Below, piece after piece: positions 1-11,277 of a stretch of 64,000 bases of DNA. The DNA comes from Leucoraja ocellata (taxonomy: Eukaryota), in assembly GCA_036785375.1 (NCBI GenBank), contig JAWMAR010000061.1:8928001-8992000 (forward strand). The letters are read 5' to 3'. Position 1 is the first letter of the stretch. Every line of letters begins with the position of its first letter. A program made the translations under genes and the position numbers. The notes beneath the pieces were generated by a model, which saw only the letters and a program-made list of their open reading frames with translations, was not told the origin of the DNA and searched no databases.

Positions 1-2087
1 ACTTCTATCGGGTGTTACATGAGAGTTGTTGCTTGGAATTGTTAACGTTGCACCAGAACTCCCGGTGGAAAGAGTAAATAAACACCACAAATAACATATT
101 TTACTGCACTGATCTTAACAAGTGGAATCTGGTTAACAGGCTCGTAGTCAGAAACCTCTTACTGAAATGCCAGAGCTGTAGCATGCGCTCAACTTCCCGA
201 CAGCTAGCTAACGACTGATCCAATCTCAGATTCGCTTTAAGCGAAAGTTAGCGTACTGGAGGAAAAAGTGAAACAGTTGAAGTGTTGAAATAAGATCACT
301 CACCACCAGAAGCTGATGCAATATCAGCAAGGAAGATGTATAAAAGATGTAACAGTGAAGGGGTAGCCAGCAAGACGGATCTCTTCCTAGGAGCCATTTG
401 ACTCTCATGCACTTTCCAAATGCCTTCGAAAGGATTTTTTTTCAGTAGTGTGTGTGCATGTGTGGTGGGAGTGACTAGCCCACTGTTCCAGAGGCCAACC
501 CTCTCACACAGAGACGCTCACACATTACAATCCCAGGATATTTTAAAACACGATATATCTAATGGGGCTCAACACAGCTCCATTCATAAAGTGATGAGTC
601 AATCCAACCGTTCTCTGTGCGGCTTCACTTGAGGTTTAAAGTATGCGGAGATAAACTCCCGGACCACGGTGTTCTGGGTGGAGTCACTGCCCGAGTCGCC
701 CATAATGTTTACTTTGGTGGGAATCCCACTTTTGATGTGATTGCCCCCAAAATCCACATTTTCCACTTTGAATTAAGCTTTATGATGCAGAATGACTAAA
801 GTACTGTATCATTGAAGGTTGAACTGAAATGAGCCAAATAACACATTTTCTGCATTTCCTTCTTGTTCCCCTGCTGCATGGACAGAGTGAGCCAATTGAC
901 AGCTCTATTACAGAAGTCACCCATCATCCACATGTGCCTTTCCTGGCAGGATTGGAGCATCCATGACTGATGATGCAATGTCCAGCATGTTATCCTGTTA
1001 CAATTATTTACATTGATGCATTCGAAGTAAATCAAATAATTATTTTTTGCTTCATCAGAGCTGAGAGTCACCACCATTTGGATGAGTGTGGATCAAGCAA
1101 AGCTTGACTTTTTCAAGGCAGATTAGACTAGTTATATAATTGATCAATGGTTTTGCTATTGGTCTCAAGTTTTCACCTCAACCACTGATATGATAAGGAT
1201 ACAATCTGTACTGTAGTAACTCATTTTGGTTACTTTGACAGATTTCACCTGCAATATTTTGGGAATCGATGATGAGCTACACAGCACCTCTGGCAGCTCG
1301 TTACATATAACCGACAACTTTTGTGTGAAAAGATTGCCCTTCAAGTTCCTATTAAATCTTTCTCCCCTCACCTTACATCTATTGATCCTCCAGGTTAGGG
1401 AATCTGGAAGGGGGTGCATATTCTGGGGTAAATATTCAACATTCCAGAGAAGAGGAAGGAAGACATATTCCTCTCAGTGGTTCGTAAATCTTCGAATTCA
1501 CCAGAGAAAGCTATGGTTACTGTAGCTTCAACAGAGATGGATAGATTGTTTACTGTAAGGAATTTGCCTGCGGATGGAGCCCAATGTTTTTATCAGCCAT
1601 GGTTGTACTGAATAATGGAGCAGGCCGGAGGACTACCTAACCGACCTGCTTCTGTTTCTTTTGAAAGCACCATCATTCATGTCATCCACAGTTCAGACCC
1701 AGAGGTAACAGTTGGAAAAAGTTACTTTAATCTTTATATATTAGGGTGATAAGGGGTATGATATGGAAAGCACCAACTACTTTACACAAGAGGAGAGGAG
1801 AGAAAGTTGGGGGGGGCGGGGGGGGGGGGTGGTTGTAGAAAATAAATTATTAACCAGCTTGACTGCACATTGTATTAGGAGAAAAGGCACAAATAATGGT
1901 GAGGACTTACATGACACCGATGACAATTATTGTTGTAAAGTTCCTCATTGCATCTTTTGAAAGGAGTGGCATTAACACATGGATGTCAAGGTAACTCTGC
2001 AATCTCATTAGCCTTAAACTCCATGGTGAATGCTGGAAAATATAAAAATACTAATAAAACTAACCCAGTTGTTTAAACAGTTCTAAC

Positions 2088-2113
2088 CAAAGATCATAGA
2101 GCTATGATCTTTA
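2088..2113. mobile_element. 26-bp palindromic remnant of a P-like element (possible excision footprint)
   Basis: CAAAGATCATAG-AG-CTATGATCTTTA flanked by GTTCTAAC and GCTCTAAC (8-bp TSD, 7/8 match). It shares CAAAGATC with the 44192 element termini. Confidence 0.6.
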
Positions 2114-2682
2114 GCTCTAACAACCTATTGTGTCCCAACCACAAACTTGATGAATCCTGCAACTGATGGTATTGGATTACTAAGTTAATGGCAATGGTAG
2201 GATCAGCCCAGGCCATGGTGCTGTGGTCTAATCCTTCCACTGAGCCTGGGGTAATATAATATCCAAAACAGTAACATCATGTCTTTGGGACCTCTCTACC
2301 ATCATGCTTGTGTATTTGTTTAGGCACTCGGTTCTTGATTCTATTCCTTCATATTTTCTTAACTCCACAATGTAGTTCCTATAATTTTGCTCCAAAGGCT
2401 AAATTGTTCATTTCCTGTTATTACTCTGCTTAAATGACCTAGCTCTGACTTCATCAACACACATTTCTTTACCATACATGGTACTTAGTTGAATGCGACT
2501 TTCTCAATTCTCACAATTCATGCACTTTTGCAAATTTCGCTTTGTGTAAATAATCCAACAAACATTTTTTTAAACAAAAATGAAAATGCACTTGATGTTC
2601 CGTTACTTTTGGTTTATCTTGTCCTGGAAAATTGGAGTTAAAGCTTGGCAGGCAAAACTGGAACTGAACAAATGGTTGAGGT

Positions 2683-3210
2683 CTACGATACAATAAGATA
2701 GAACTTTATTTATCCCAGGAAGGAAATTGATCTGCCAACAGTCATAAAAACAAAAAATTGGGGAGTGGGGGGGGGGGGGGTCAGTCTCAGTCTGCCCCAC
2801 AACAGAAGGAGGAGGAGTTGTACAGTTTGACAGCCACTGGGAAGAGGAACTCCTGTGGCGTTCCGTCCTGCATCTTGGAACCAGTCTGTTGCTGAAAGTA
2901 ATCCTCAGGTTGACCAGTGTGTCGTGGAGGGGGTGAGCTGTATTGTCCAGGATGCTCTGCAGTTTGAGGAGCATCCTCCCCTCCAAGAACACCTCCCATT
3001 AATCCAACTCCACCCCCAGGACAGAGCCAGCCTTCCTGATGAATTTAATTCTAATGGCGTCCTCATCTTTTGCCCTGCGGCCCCAGCACACGGCAGCGAA
3101 GAAGATGGCACTGGTTACCACCGATTGGTAGAACATCTGAGGCATTTAACTGCAGACGTTAAAGGAGCGGAGTCTTCTCAAAAAGTACAGCCGCTCTGTC
3201 TCTTCTTGTC
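2683..3210 (-). mobile_element. Rex1/Babar-type LINE 3' end
   Basis: The minus strand reads SILDNTAHPLH...RCRTERHR..FPVAVKLYN, then AATAAA and a short-repeat tail. Confidence 0.8.
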
Positions 3211-3592
3211 CAGGGTCTCAGTAAGACTGGTGGGAGAACTGGGAGGGGGAAGGGAAGGAGAGAGAGGGAAAGCAATGGATATTTGAAGTTCAATGAGAGG
3301 TGATTGTACTGAAACTTAATTTTTGAGTTGATGTACGGTAAAGTTTATATCCCCTGTGCCTGTAGATAGAATCCACATTGCAAGGATATCTTGAAATTTG
3401 CATAATTGCCATTGATCTATAGGAAACAACATGGTACATCTGGTACAGCAGCTGCCTGGGTGAAATTCAGACTTTAGGTGCTGGTGTCGGTGTGGAGTGT
3501 GCACCTCCAACCTATGACCCATGAGTGTCCTCCTGGGTGCTGCTGAATCCTCCAACAACCCAAAGACATGCTGGTTGGTTAGTTTGTGTTAG

Positions 3593-4025
3593 AAAGAACT
3601 GCAGATGCTGGTTTAAATCAAAGGTAGACACAAAATTCTGGAGTAACTCAGCTGGACAGGCAGCACATCTGGAGAGAAGGAATGGGCGACGTTTGAGGTC
3701 GAGACCCTTCTTCAGACTGATGTCAGGGGAGGGGGTGGGACAAAGATAGAATGTAGGCGGAGACAGTAAGACTAGTGGGAGAACTGGGAAGGGAAAGGGG
3801 ATGGAGAGAGAAAGCAAGGGTTATCTGAAGTTATAGAAGTCAATGTTCTTACAGCTGGGCTGTAAACTGGCAAAATATGTGCTGTTCCTCCAATTTGCGC
3901 TGGGCCTCACTCTGACAATGGAGGAGGCCGAGGACAGGAAGGTCAGATTGGGAATGGGAGAGGGAGTTGAAGTGCTGAGCCACCGGGAAATGAGGTAGGT
4001 TAAGACGGACTGAGCGGAGGTGTAC
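3593..4025 (-). mobile_element. Penelope-like retroelement 3' fragment
   Basis: The minus strand encodes HLRSV...PVAQHFNS...GLLHCQSEAQRKLEEQH...NIDFYNFR*, followed by the terminal CTGAAGAAGGGTCTCGACC motif. Confidence 0.85.
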
Positions 4026-4714
4026 AGTGAAATCTGGTTGGTTAACTGGTCGCTATAAATTGCCTTCATTGTGCTGGTAAGTGGTAGAATCTGAGGGGAA
4101 TTGAAAATAATCAAAAATGGGATTAATGTAGGATTAGTGTAAAATGGGTATTAATTGTTGGTATGGACCTGATGGCCCAAAGGCTCCATGCTCTATCTCT
4201 CTACGCTTCTATGATCATGTAAAGTGGAGAAGAAACAGAATATCTTTGAGACCCTTCATTCCCTATATCAGTAGCACATAAAAGCCCAGCACAAACATTA
4301 GCACACCATCTCCCAAAATAGTATGTACCTTAATGCCAAGATCTGCTTTTGCTTCTCACAGTAGATTATTTAATGATATGCTCTGAAGTAATTTCTACTC
4401 CGAAAAAGAAGATAAGCACCTGAAGTCCACATGTATTTTCAAATTTCTGACGTGGACAAACATTCCAAGGTTGTGATGCTGCAGAAATAATTACTCCCTC
4501 ATTATCAGGTTTTTACTACAATGAGTCAGATCATCCAGTTTGCTCATACTTCCACCAGGGTCTCTAGCCTCCCTCATGTCTCAGAGGTCTCTGACCCCCA
4601 CCCCCTCTCTGGGACACTCTCAGAGCTTGCTGTTTGAGAGTGTCCCAGACATGTCAGAGCATGCCACCCAATCCATTGTAGGGTCTCAGTTGCTTTGGCA
4701 GCAGACCTCACAAA

Positions 4715-5470
4715 CATAGAACAGATCACAGGAAAAGGCACTTTGCCCTAAATTGTCTGTGCCGAACATGATGACAACTCATCTTCTCTGCCTATATGTG
4801 ATTTATATCACTCCATTTCCTGCATACCCATGTGCTTATTTAAAAGCCTTTTACATTTCCCTGTCATATCAGCTTGCACCAGTATCCCTGGCAGCACATT
4901 CCAGGCACGCACCACTCTTGTTTTGCATGTCCTTTAAACATTCCCCCACTTACCTTAAAATTATGGCTTATTGTATTTGACATTTCCCCCGAGAGAAAGG
5001 TTCTGACTATCTACCCTATTTATGCCTCTCATCATTTTATATACTCCTCTCAGGTCTCCTCGCAAACTTTGATGAAAACAATGCAATTTTGTCCAACGTC
5101 TCCTTATAGCTGATAGCCTCTAATCCAGGGAGCATTCTGGTAAACCTCTATTTAAAGAGGTTTACCAGAATGCTCCCTCTCCAAAGCATCCACATACATT
5201 CTGTAATAGGGCGACTAGAACTACACAAAATACCCCAAATGTGGCAACCAAAGTTTTATAATGCTGCATCATGACTTCCAACTCCTATACTCCATTCCAA
5301 TAATGGCAAACATACTATTCTCCTTCTTTACCATTCTATCTGTTGTCACTTTCAGGGAGCTATAATCTTGGACCCCAAATCCCTTAGGACTTCAATGTTG
5401 GTAAAGTTCTTGGCCATTAAATGTATACTTTCCCCTTACATTCGACCCCTCAAAGTACAACGCCTCACAC
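4715..5470 (-). mobile_element. CR1/HER1-type LINE 3' fragment
   Basis: Typical antisense CR1 3' sequence. Similar fragments occur at ~7340-7810(+), 18795-19790(-), 25740-26270(+), 28240-29000(-), 30780-31110(+), 48290-48720(-), 56904-57160(+), 62693-62825(-) and 63305-63510(-). Confidence 0.75.
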
Positions 5471-5793
5471 TTGCAAATCACTCACATCCCTGGAATGGAG
5501 TAATTATTCGCAACGCATCAAGGAGTGCATAATACAATGAAAGCAATAGTTGCTTAGGTAAATTACTCCAAAGCCAGACTTTAATGGGATTTTTAAAATC
5601 ATCATAAAATCTGTTTCAATCGGTAAACTGCTCACCCCATCTGCTGCAATGAAGAAGTTTACTAATCTTTGAAAGTTTCTGCAATCAATAAAAGTAAATG
5701 TTACCTTTGCACAATAGACTTTAGTCCCCAACACAGTCACTAATTTGTGAAGTTCATCCAGCAATTACAGACATGATGTGGAATATAAATAAG

Positions 5794-5812
5794 TAGCCAC
5801 TAGAGGGCAGTA
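5794..5812 (+). promoter_or_regulatory. Candidate CTCF site
   Basis: TAGCCACTAGAGGGCAGTA closely matches the CTCF core consensus CCASYAGRKGGCRS and lies in non-repetitive sequence. Confidence 0.6.
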
Positions 5813-6044
5813 GATTATCATAAATAACATGAACGGTACACTCCCTCTGCTCCTCCATGGGTCTACATGGGGGAATTGTACTATGTTGCTATGCACATGT
5901 CATTCTGTATGTTTCTGGAGACTCTAGCTTTCATAACAGTGCTCCAAAGAGATATTCTTTGCCACATGTTCTGATTGTTGCTCATCCTAGTTGTGTACTG
6001 TACTGGCAACTTAAGACAAGTCCACATTTGTCATATGTCTGTAA

Positions 6045-6580
6045 GTGTCAAGAGTGTTTTATTGTCATATGTCCCAGACAGGACAATGAAATTCTTACTT
6101 GCTGCAGCATAACAGAATATGTGAATATGTAAACGTTGTACATAACGGAAAGAAAAAAAAGAAAAAGTTCAACAAATATAGTGCAAATAACAAATAATAA
6201 TATAGTATTTTGCAGTTCAGAGCTCAGAGCTTATTCGATGTTGTTTAATAGCCTGATGGCTGTGGGGGAAGCAGCTGTTCCTGAACCTGGACGTTACAGT
6301 TTTCAGGCTCTTGTACCTTCTTCCTGATGGCAATGGTGAGATGAGTGTGTGGCCAGGATGGCGTGGGTCCTTGACGGTTTTGGCTGTCTTTTTGAGGCAG
6401 CGACTATGATAGATCCCTTCGACGGTGGGGTGGTCAAAAGCTGGTGATGGACTGGGCAGTGGCCACAACTTTTTGTAGTCTTTTTCGCTCCTGCACGTTC
6501 AAGTTGCCGAACCAGTCAGAATGCTCTCAACCGTGCACCTGTAGAAGTTTAGGAGAATCCTCTTTGACATTCCGAATCTC
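6045..6580 (-). mobile_element. Rex1/Babar-type LINE 3' end
   Basis: The minus strand reads KDPRHPGHTLISPLPSGRRYKSLKTVTSRFRNS. Related 3' UTR pieces occur at ~7810-8100, 36030-36260, 38190-38395 and 54170-54470. Confidence 0.8.
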
Positions 6581-8831
6581 CGTATATAACATTAGCTATA
6601 ACATTTATATGCAAATAACAGATGATTTTTAAGAACCTTTCTTTATTACAGCTCCAGATACATCCACATTTGTTCACATTGCCATAGGATTTTTGAGACT
6701 TGTTTGTAGCACAAAAACAATTTGTTTTCATTCCATGGCAGTGGACAACTTTCATGAGACTGCACAGGACTGCAATGTTACATCTTGCACTGGCAGGGAT
6801 AAGTCGCGAGTACACTTGAGAATGGAAAAGCGTTAAGCTTTATTTGTTCAGAAGGTTCTCGTTCAACATTTCAAATGTTCTCTTTTCTTTCTTTAAAAGT
6901 ATTGATTTTTACTGGAACATTTGCACAATGATCACTAACTGGACAAAGGACAAAGGACATTTATTGTCACATACACCAATTGGTGCAGTGAAATTTGAGT
7001 TACCATGCAGCACACAAATAAGATAAACACAACACTTTAGAATTGAACATAAAACATTAAAAAAAACTGATCCTTGGAGTTGGAGTTATAGAACCAAGGA
7101 AGGGAAGAAAAAAGTCACAGATGAGCATTTGATGGAGTGAATAAGGTGGAAGTCGAAAATAAAGGTGGTTTTCTTTTACCACAGATCCTGCCTGTCCTAC
7201 TCAGTATTTTAAGTACCTTTAGTGGTGGGGAAAATGAATAAATGAATGTGGAACATTTGGACATTCAGAATATTTTGATGATGAAAATGATAAATTACAG
7301 CAAAGGTAATTGGTGTAGAATACCGATAGCGATTAAGGAATAATTAACGGGCCAAAACAGAGTGAAGAAATAATCATGTAATTTTCCAGCTGAAATGTGA
7401 CAATTACATTGTGGCAGGGATTAGTGCAGGATCCCCAGCTGTCCAAAATCAGTGTCAATCATTTGGATGAAGGGATGAAGTGTAACATATCCAGGTTAGC
7501 TGGTGATCTTAAGATGGGTGCGCAGAGGATTCAGCGAGGTTTGCAGAGGATATAAAAGGGCTAAGTGAATCGTGAGCACAAGGCAGATGGAAAACTTTAA
7601 TGTTGAAAAGTAGGAGATTGCCTCCTTTGGGAGAAAAAATAGCAAAGCAATGTTTTCTAAATGATGAGAAACTGGAAGGTGTTCAAGCGAAGGCAAAGGG
7701 TAACTTGGTCTCTATTACAAGAGGATTTACAGCAGAGGACAGACTTGCTGCAATTATATAGAGACATGGTGAGTCCACATTTGAAATATTATGTATAGGT
7801 CTAGTCGCTATACATGATTACAATCAAGCTGTGCACGGTGTACATGGTAAAGGGAATAACATTTAGTGCAAGATAATGTCCAGTAAAGTCCGATTACATA
7901 TAGTTTGAAGGTCTCCAATGAGGTAGATGGTAGGTCAGGACAACGTTTCCACACTTCTGTACCTCTTGCAGGGTGAGACTTATCCTTTACTAAGCTGGTG
8001 GCCTTGCCAAGGCAGCGTGAAGTGTAGATGGAGTCAACGGACAGGAGGTTGGTTTGCGTGATGGTCTGGGCAACGCCAACAATTCTTTGTAATTTCTTGC
8101 GGTGTACGCAGGTTAATGCAGGAAAGTGGCGAGGAGGTAGAGGCCAAAAAGCCTGTGCTGATTTCTATTACTTATGTTCTTATACCATCGCCTACCTACA
8201 TGTAGCTTCCCCTTTGTTATTCACTATATTTTTCTTCATTGTTGTAGTGTCTAAAGCCTGGAGTTCCCAACCCAATGGGCATTGTTGAAATCCAACACTC
8301 CTCACCACCATCTTCTCAAAACCAATTAGGAATGTGACAACACAGCTAACATAGTAAATCTATAGAAACTAAGCCCATATTCTAAGTAAGTAGCACAGAA
8401 CTATTCAGCATAAATTACCTCAAAGATCACTCTGATACCCCACGACTCCTCATTCATGCGCAACAGATAACCCAAACCCTTCACTCCAGCACAGTGGATG
8501 TCTGCAGTAACTTCAGTCGAAGTTTGCTTGAAAGCTACAAAATGGAAGGAATGTGGACAACTTTGGATTTCATCAGATGAAGGGCTAAAACATATATCTG
8601 CCCAACACAGGAATCATGTACTCATCTCGACGGGTGGATTCGGTTTGTTTCCAGTTGGGGAGAATTAATTTTCTCCTTGAAAGTTTTGAACTTCAATTAT
8701 AATTCTGGTGGCGGTTTACCTGAAAAGTTGCGAGTAAGATGGCTCAAAAATAAACAAATAAATGTGGAAATGACTCCGAGAGAGAGCACTGACCGGGCAT
8801 TCCCTTCTCCTCCTCCTTGACCGGTGCTGGT

Positions 8832-9058
8832 GAGAGGGTGGAGCTGAGGGAGAGGGAGGGGGAGAGGGGAGAAGGGGAAGAGGGGAGGAGGGAGGAGGGA
8901 AAGAGGGGAAGAGAGGGGAAGAGGGGGGGAGGGGGAAGAGGGGAGAGGAGGGAAAAGAGGGGAGAAGGGAGAGGGGGAGAGGAGGGGAAGAGGGGAAGAG
9001 AGGGAAGAGAGGGAAGAGAGGGAAGAGGGAAGAGGGAGGGAGGAGGGAGATGGAGAGT
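8832..9058. repeat. Polypurine (G/A) low-complexity tract
   Basis: About 220 nt almost entirely G/A on the + strand, made of GAGGG and GAAGAGGGG units. Confidence 0.9.
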
Positions 9059-9083
9059 GACCGGGCGGGCGGACGGACAGTGA

Positions 9084-9228
9084 NNNNNNNNNNNNNNNNN
9101 NNNNNNNNNNNNNNNNNNNNNNNNNNNNNNNNNNNNNNNNNNNNNNNNNNNNNNNNNNNNNNNNNNNNNNNNNNNNNNNNNNNNNNNNNNNNNNNNNNNN
9201 NNNNNNNNNNNNNNNNNNNNNNNNNNNN
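9084..9228. other. Assembly gap (145 N)
   Basis: Run of n immediately upstream of the ARIH1 CpG island. Confidence 0.99.
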
Positions 9229-9930
9229 AGTGACTGTGAGGTAGTTTGGATGGAGACGGCCGGCCGGACGGACAATCTATCGCGCGCTTCCCGCCAAGCG
9301 CGTGGAACCGGCGGAGCGGCGATCGGCCGTTGACGTCACAGAGGGGCACTATTGTGTAGCGGATGCGGCGCGTCTGCGGGGCGGAAGTGACGGCGGAGGC
9401 GGGCGGGCGCGCGCGTCGCCGGGAGAGAGAGAGCGCGGCCCAGTCCCTTTGTTGCGGTAGCGCTGCCGGGGGGAGTGCGGTGCGGAGCGGAGAGGAGCCT
9501 GAGGCTGAGGCAGGGACACCCCCACACACCGGCAGCTCACACCTGCCACCGGCGCCACCATGGACTCGGACGAGGGCTACATGTATGACGAGGACGAGTA
9601 CAGCGAGGAGAGCGAGCCCGAGGACAACTTCGAGATCGGCGAGGTGGAGATGCAGGAGCCCGGCCTGGAGCCCGGGCAGGACGGCGACGGGGTTGGCGGT
9701 GGCGGCGGCGGCGGCGGCCTGGGAGGCCTGGGCGGGCTGGGAGGCCTGGGGGCCGAGCAGGAAGAAGAGGATTACCGCTATGAGGTGCTGAGCGCCGAGC
9801 AGATTGTCCAGCACATGGTGGAGTGCATTCGGGAGGTCAACGAGGTCATCGAGGTAAGCCTTATCCGGCCATCGTACCGGAGGAAAGCCCGAGTAGACAG
9901 GCCGCACATGACCCGGGCCCTGTAGAGTGG
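9229..9930 (+). promoter_or_regulatory. CpG-island promoter and 5' UTR of ARIH1
   Basis: Very GC- and CpG-rich. E2F-like TTCCCGCCAA at 9288-9297, full CRE TGACGTCA at 9331-9338, ETS/half-CRE GCGGAAGTGACG at 9381-9392, GC boxes. No TATA box seen. Confidence 0.85.
9560..9853 (+). CDS. ARIH1: ARIH1 coding exon 1 (MDSDEGY...EVNEVIE)
   Basis: Perfect Kozak gccaccATGG. Acidic then Gly-rich segment, followed by [33 protein letters not shown]. Donor GAG/gtaagc, phase 0. Confidence 0.97.
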
Positions 9931-10949
9931 ATGGACTAAAGACTTGGGGCTCTGGGGTGCAAGTAGGGGAGTGTGATGCGGGTGGGAACGCAGGGGTACA
10001 TTGGGCCATTGCGAGGAGGAGAGACACTTTGCCTGGTCAATTTACCCCTGTTTGACTGGTTTTCTTGGGATTGTTGCCAGTGGCTAGTTTTCTGCAGGGC
10101 CCCAAGGCTTGAAGAGGGTCTGGGCAAATGCCAGAACGGTAGATCATCTATTTTCTAACTGGTTGGGTCATATATGATCTTAGTTTTGTTTAATACACTG
10201 TGTAGCGTGCATGTGTATGATATTAGGAAATGGAGTGTCATTTTGATGCAGTTCATCTCTCCTTATAGACCATTGCATTTCTGTACTTCCATTGCTTAAT
10301 GTATTTGGATAAGTTAACTGGAATGTAATATACAGTCCAATATCTGAAATATATGGTTTTTCTATTTGAATTTCAGTATATTTACACTGTGTCAGCTAAA
10401 ATTGATGTTTAGTTGAGCTGGCTTAAACTAGCAGCCAGACTAACTACTATTTATTGATTGGCCAGATGTTTTAGATGTGGATTTTATTAGTACTGTCCTT
10501 GTTGCCTCAACCAGACATTTCATCTGAAAAGTACAAAAATGGTCAAGCAGAATCAAGAATGTCATAAACATTGCCCAAATATTGGGAAAGGGATGCAACC
10601 AATATAATTTGATGCCTAACAATCGGCCTACAATTTTGGTAAACAGAAATTAAGCTGGAAGCTTGTACTTAATATTGGAAGAAGTTTGTTAAAGGTACCA
10701 CCTGGGGTACATATTTTAAGGATGGTACATTCTGATATTTAATAAAAAATTGTCCATACTATTTTAACGTGTCAGTTCCACATTCTTCCATACCTTTGTT
10801 GAAACTTAATCTATTTACCTTCAACTGTTTCTCTCTCCACATGTTGATGCAAATTAGTATTTTCTTAATTTCAACATTAAGGTTCATTGATATTTATTTG
10901 TTTGATTTGAAATCTTTTCTATCATATGAAGTGGTGACGGGGCCATCAG

Positions 10950-11277
10950 CCACACCTAAATCAAGGCATCTCTCTCAACATCGGAGATGTCCTAATTCTT
11001 TAAGAAATGGGGGTTCCCCTCTTCCATTATGGATGAGGCTCTCCCTGGGATCTCCTCGATATCCTGTAGCTCTGCTCTTGCTGTCCAGGAGGCCCTGTCC
11101 TTTCTGTCCAGGGCCTCCTCCATTGTCAGAGCGAGGCCCAGTACAAATTGGAGGAACAGCACCTCATATTTCGCTTGGGTGGCTTATACCCCAGCGGTAT
11201 GAACATTGACTTCTCTAACTTCAAATAGTCCTTGCTTTCCCTCTCTATCCATTCCCTCTCCTTCCCAGTTCCCCCCA
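10950..11277 (+). mobile_element. Internally deleted Penelope-like fragment
   Basis: Encodes GLLHCQSEAQYKLEEQHLIFRLGGLYPSGMNIDFSNFK*, the same family as 3593-4025. Confidence 0.8.

Noticed and set aside
241-366. Coiled-coil-like peptide AKVSVLEEKVKQLKC, reminiscent of a bZIP zipper
   Set aside because: Bounded by in-frame stops, with no convincing splice sites and no basic region. It cannot be supported as coding.
1809-1829. Long G homopolymers (also near 2767, 39144 and 54287) as G-quadruplexes
   Set aside because: Simple mononucleotide runs, error-prone in sequencing, with no supporting context.
8697-10027. Long minus-strand ORFs (427 aa and 192 aa) over the ARIH1 promoter
   Set aside because: They run through the N gap and the low-complexity purine tract, and are the antisense shadow of GC-rich exon 1.
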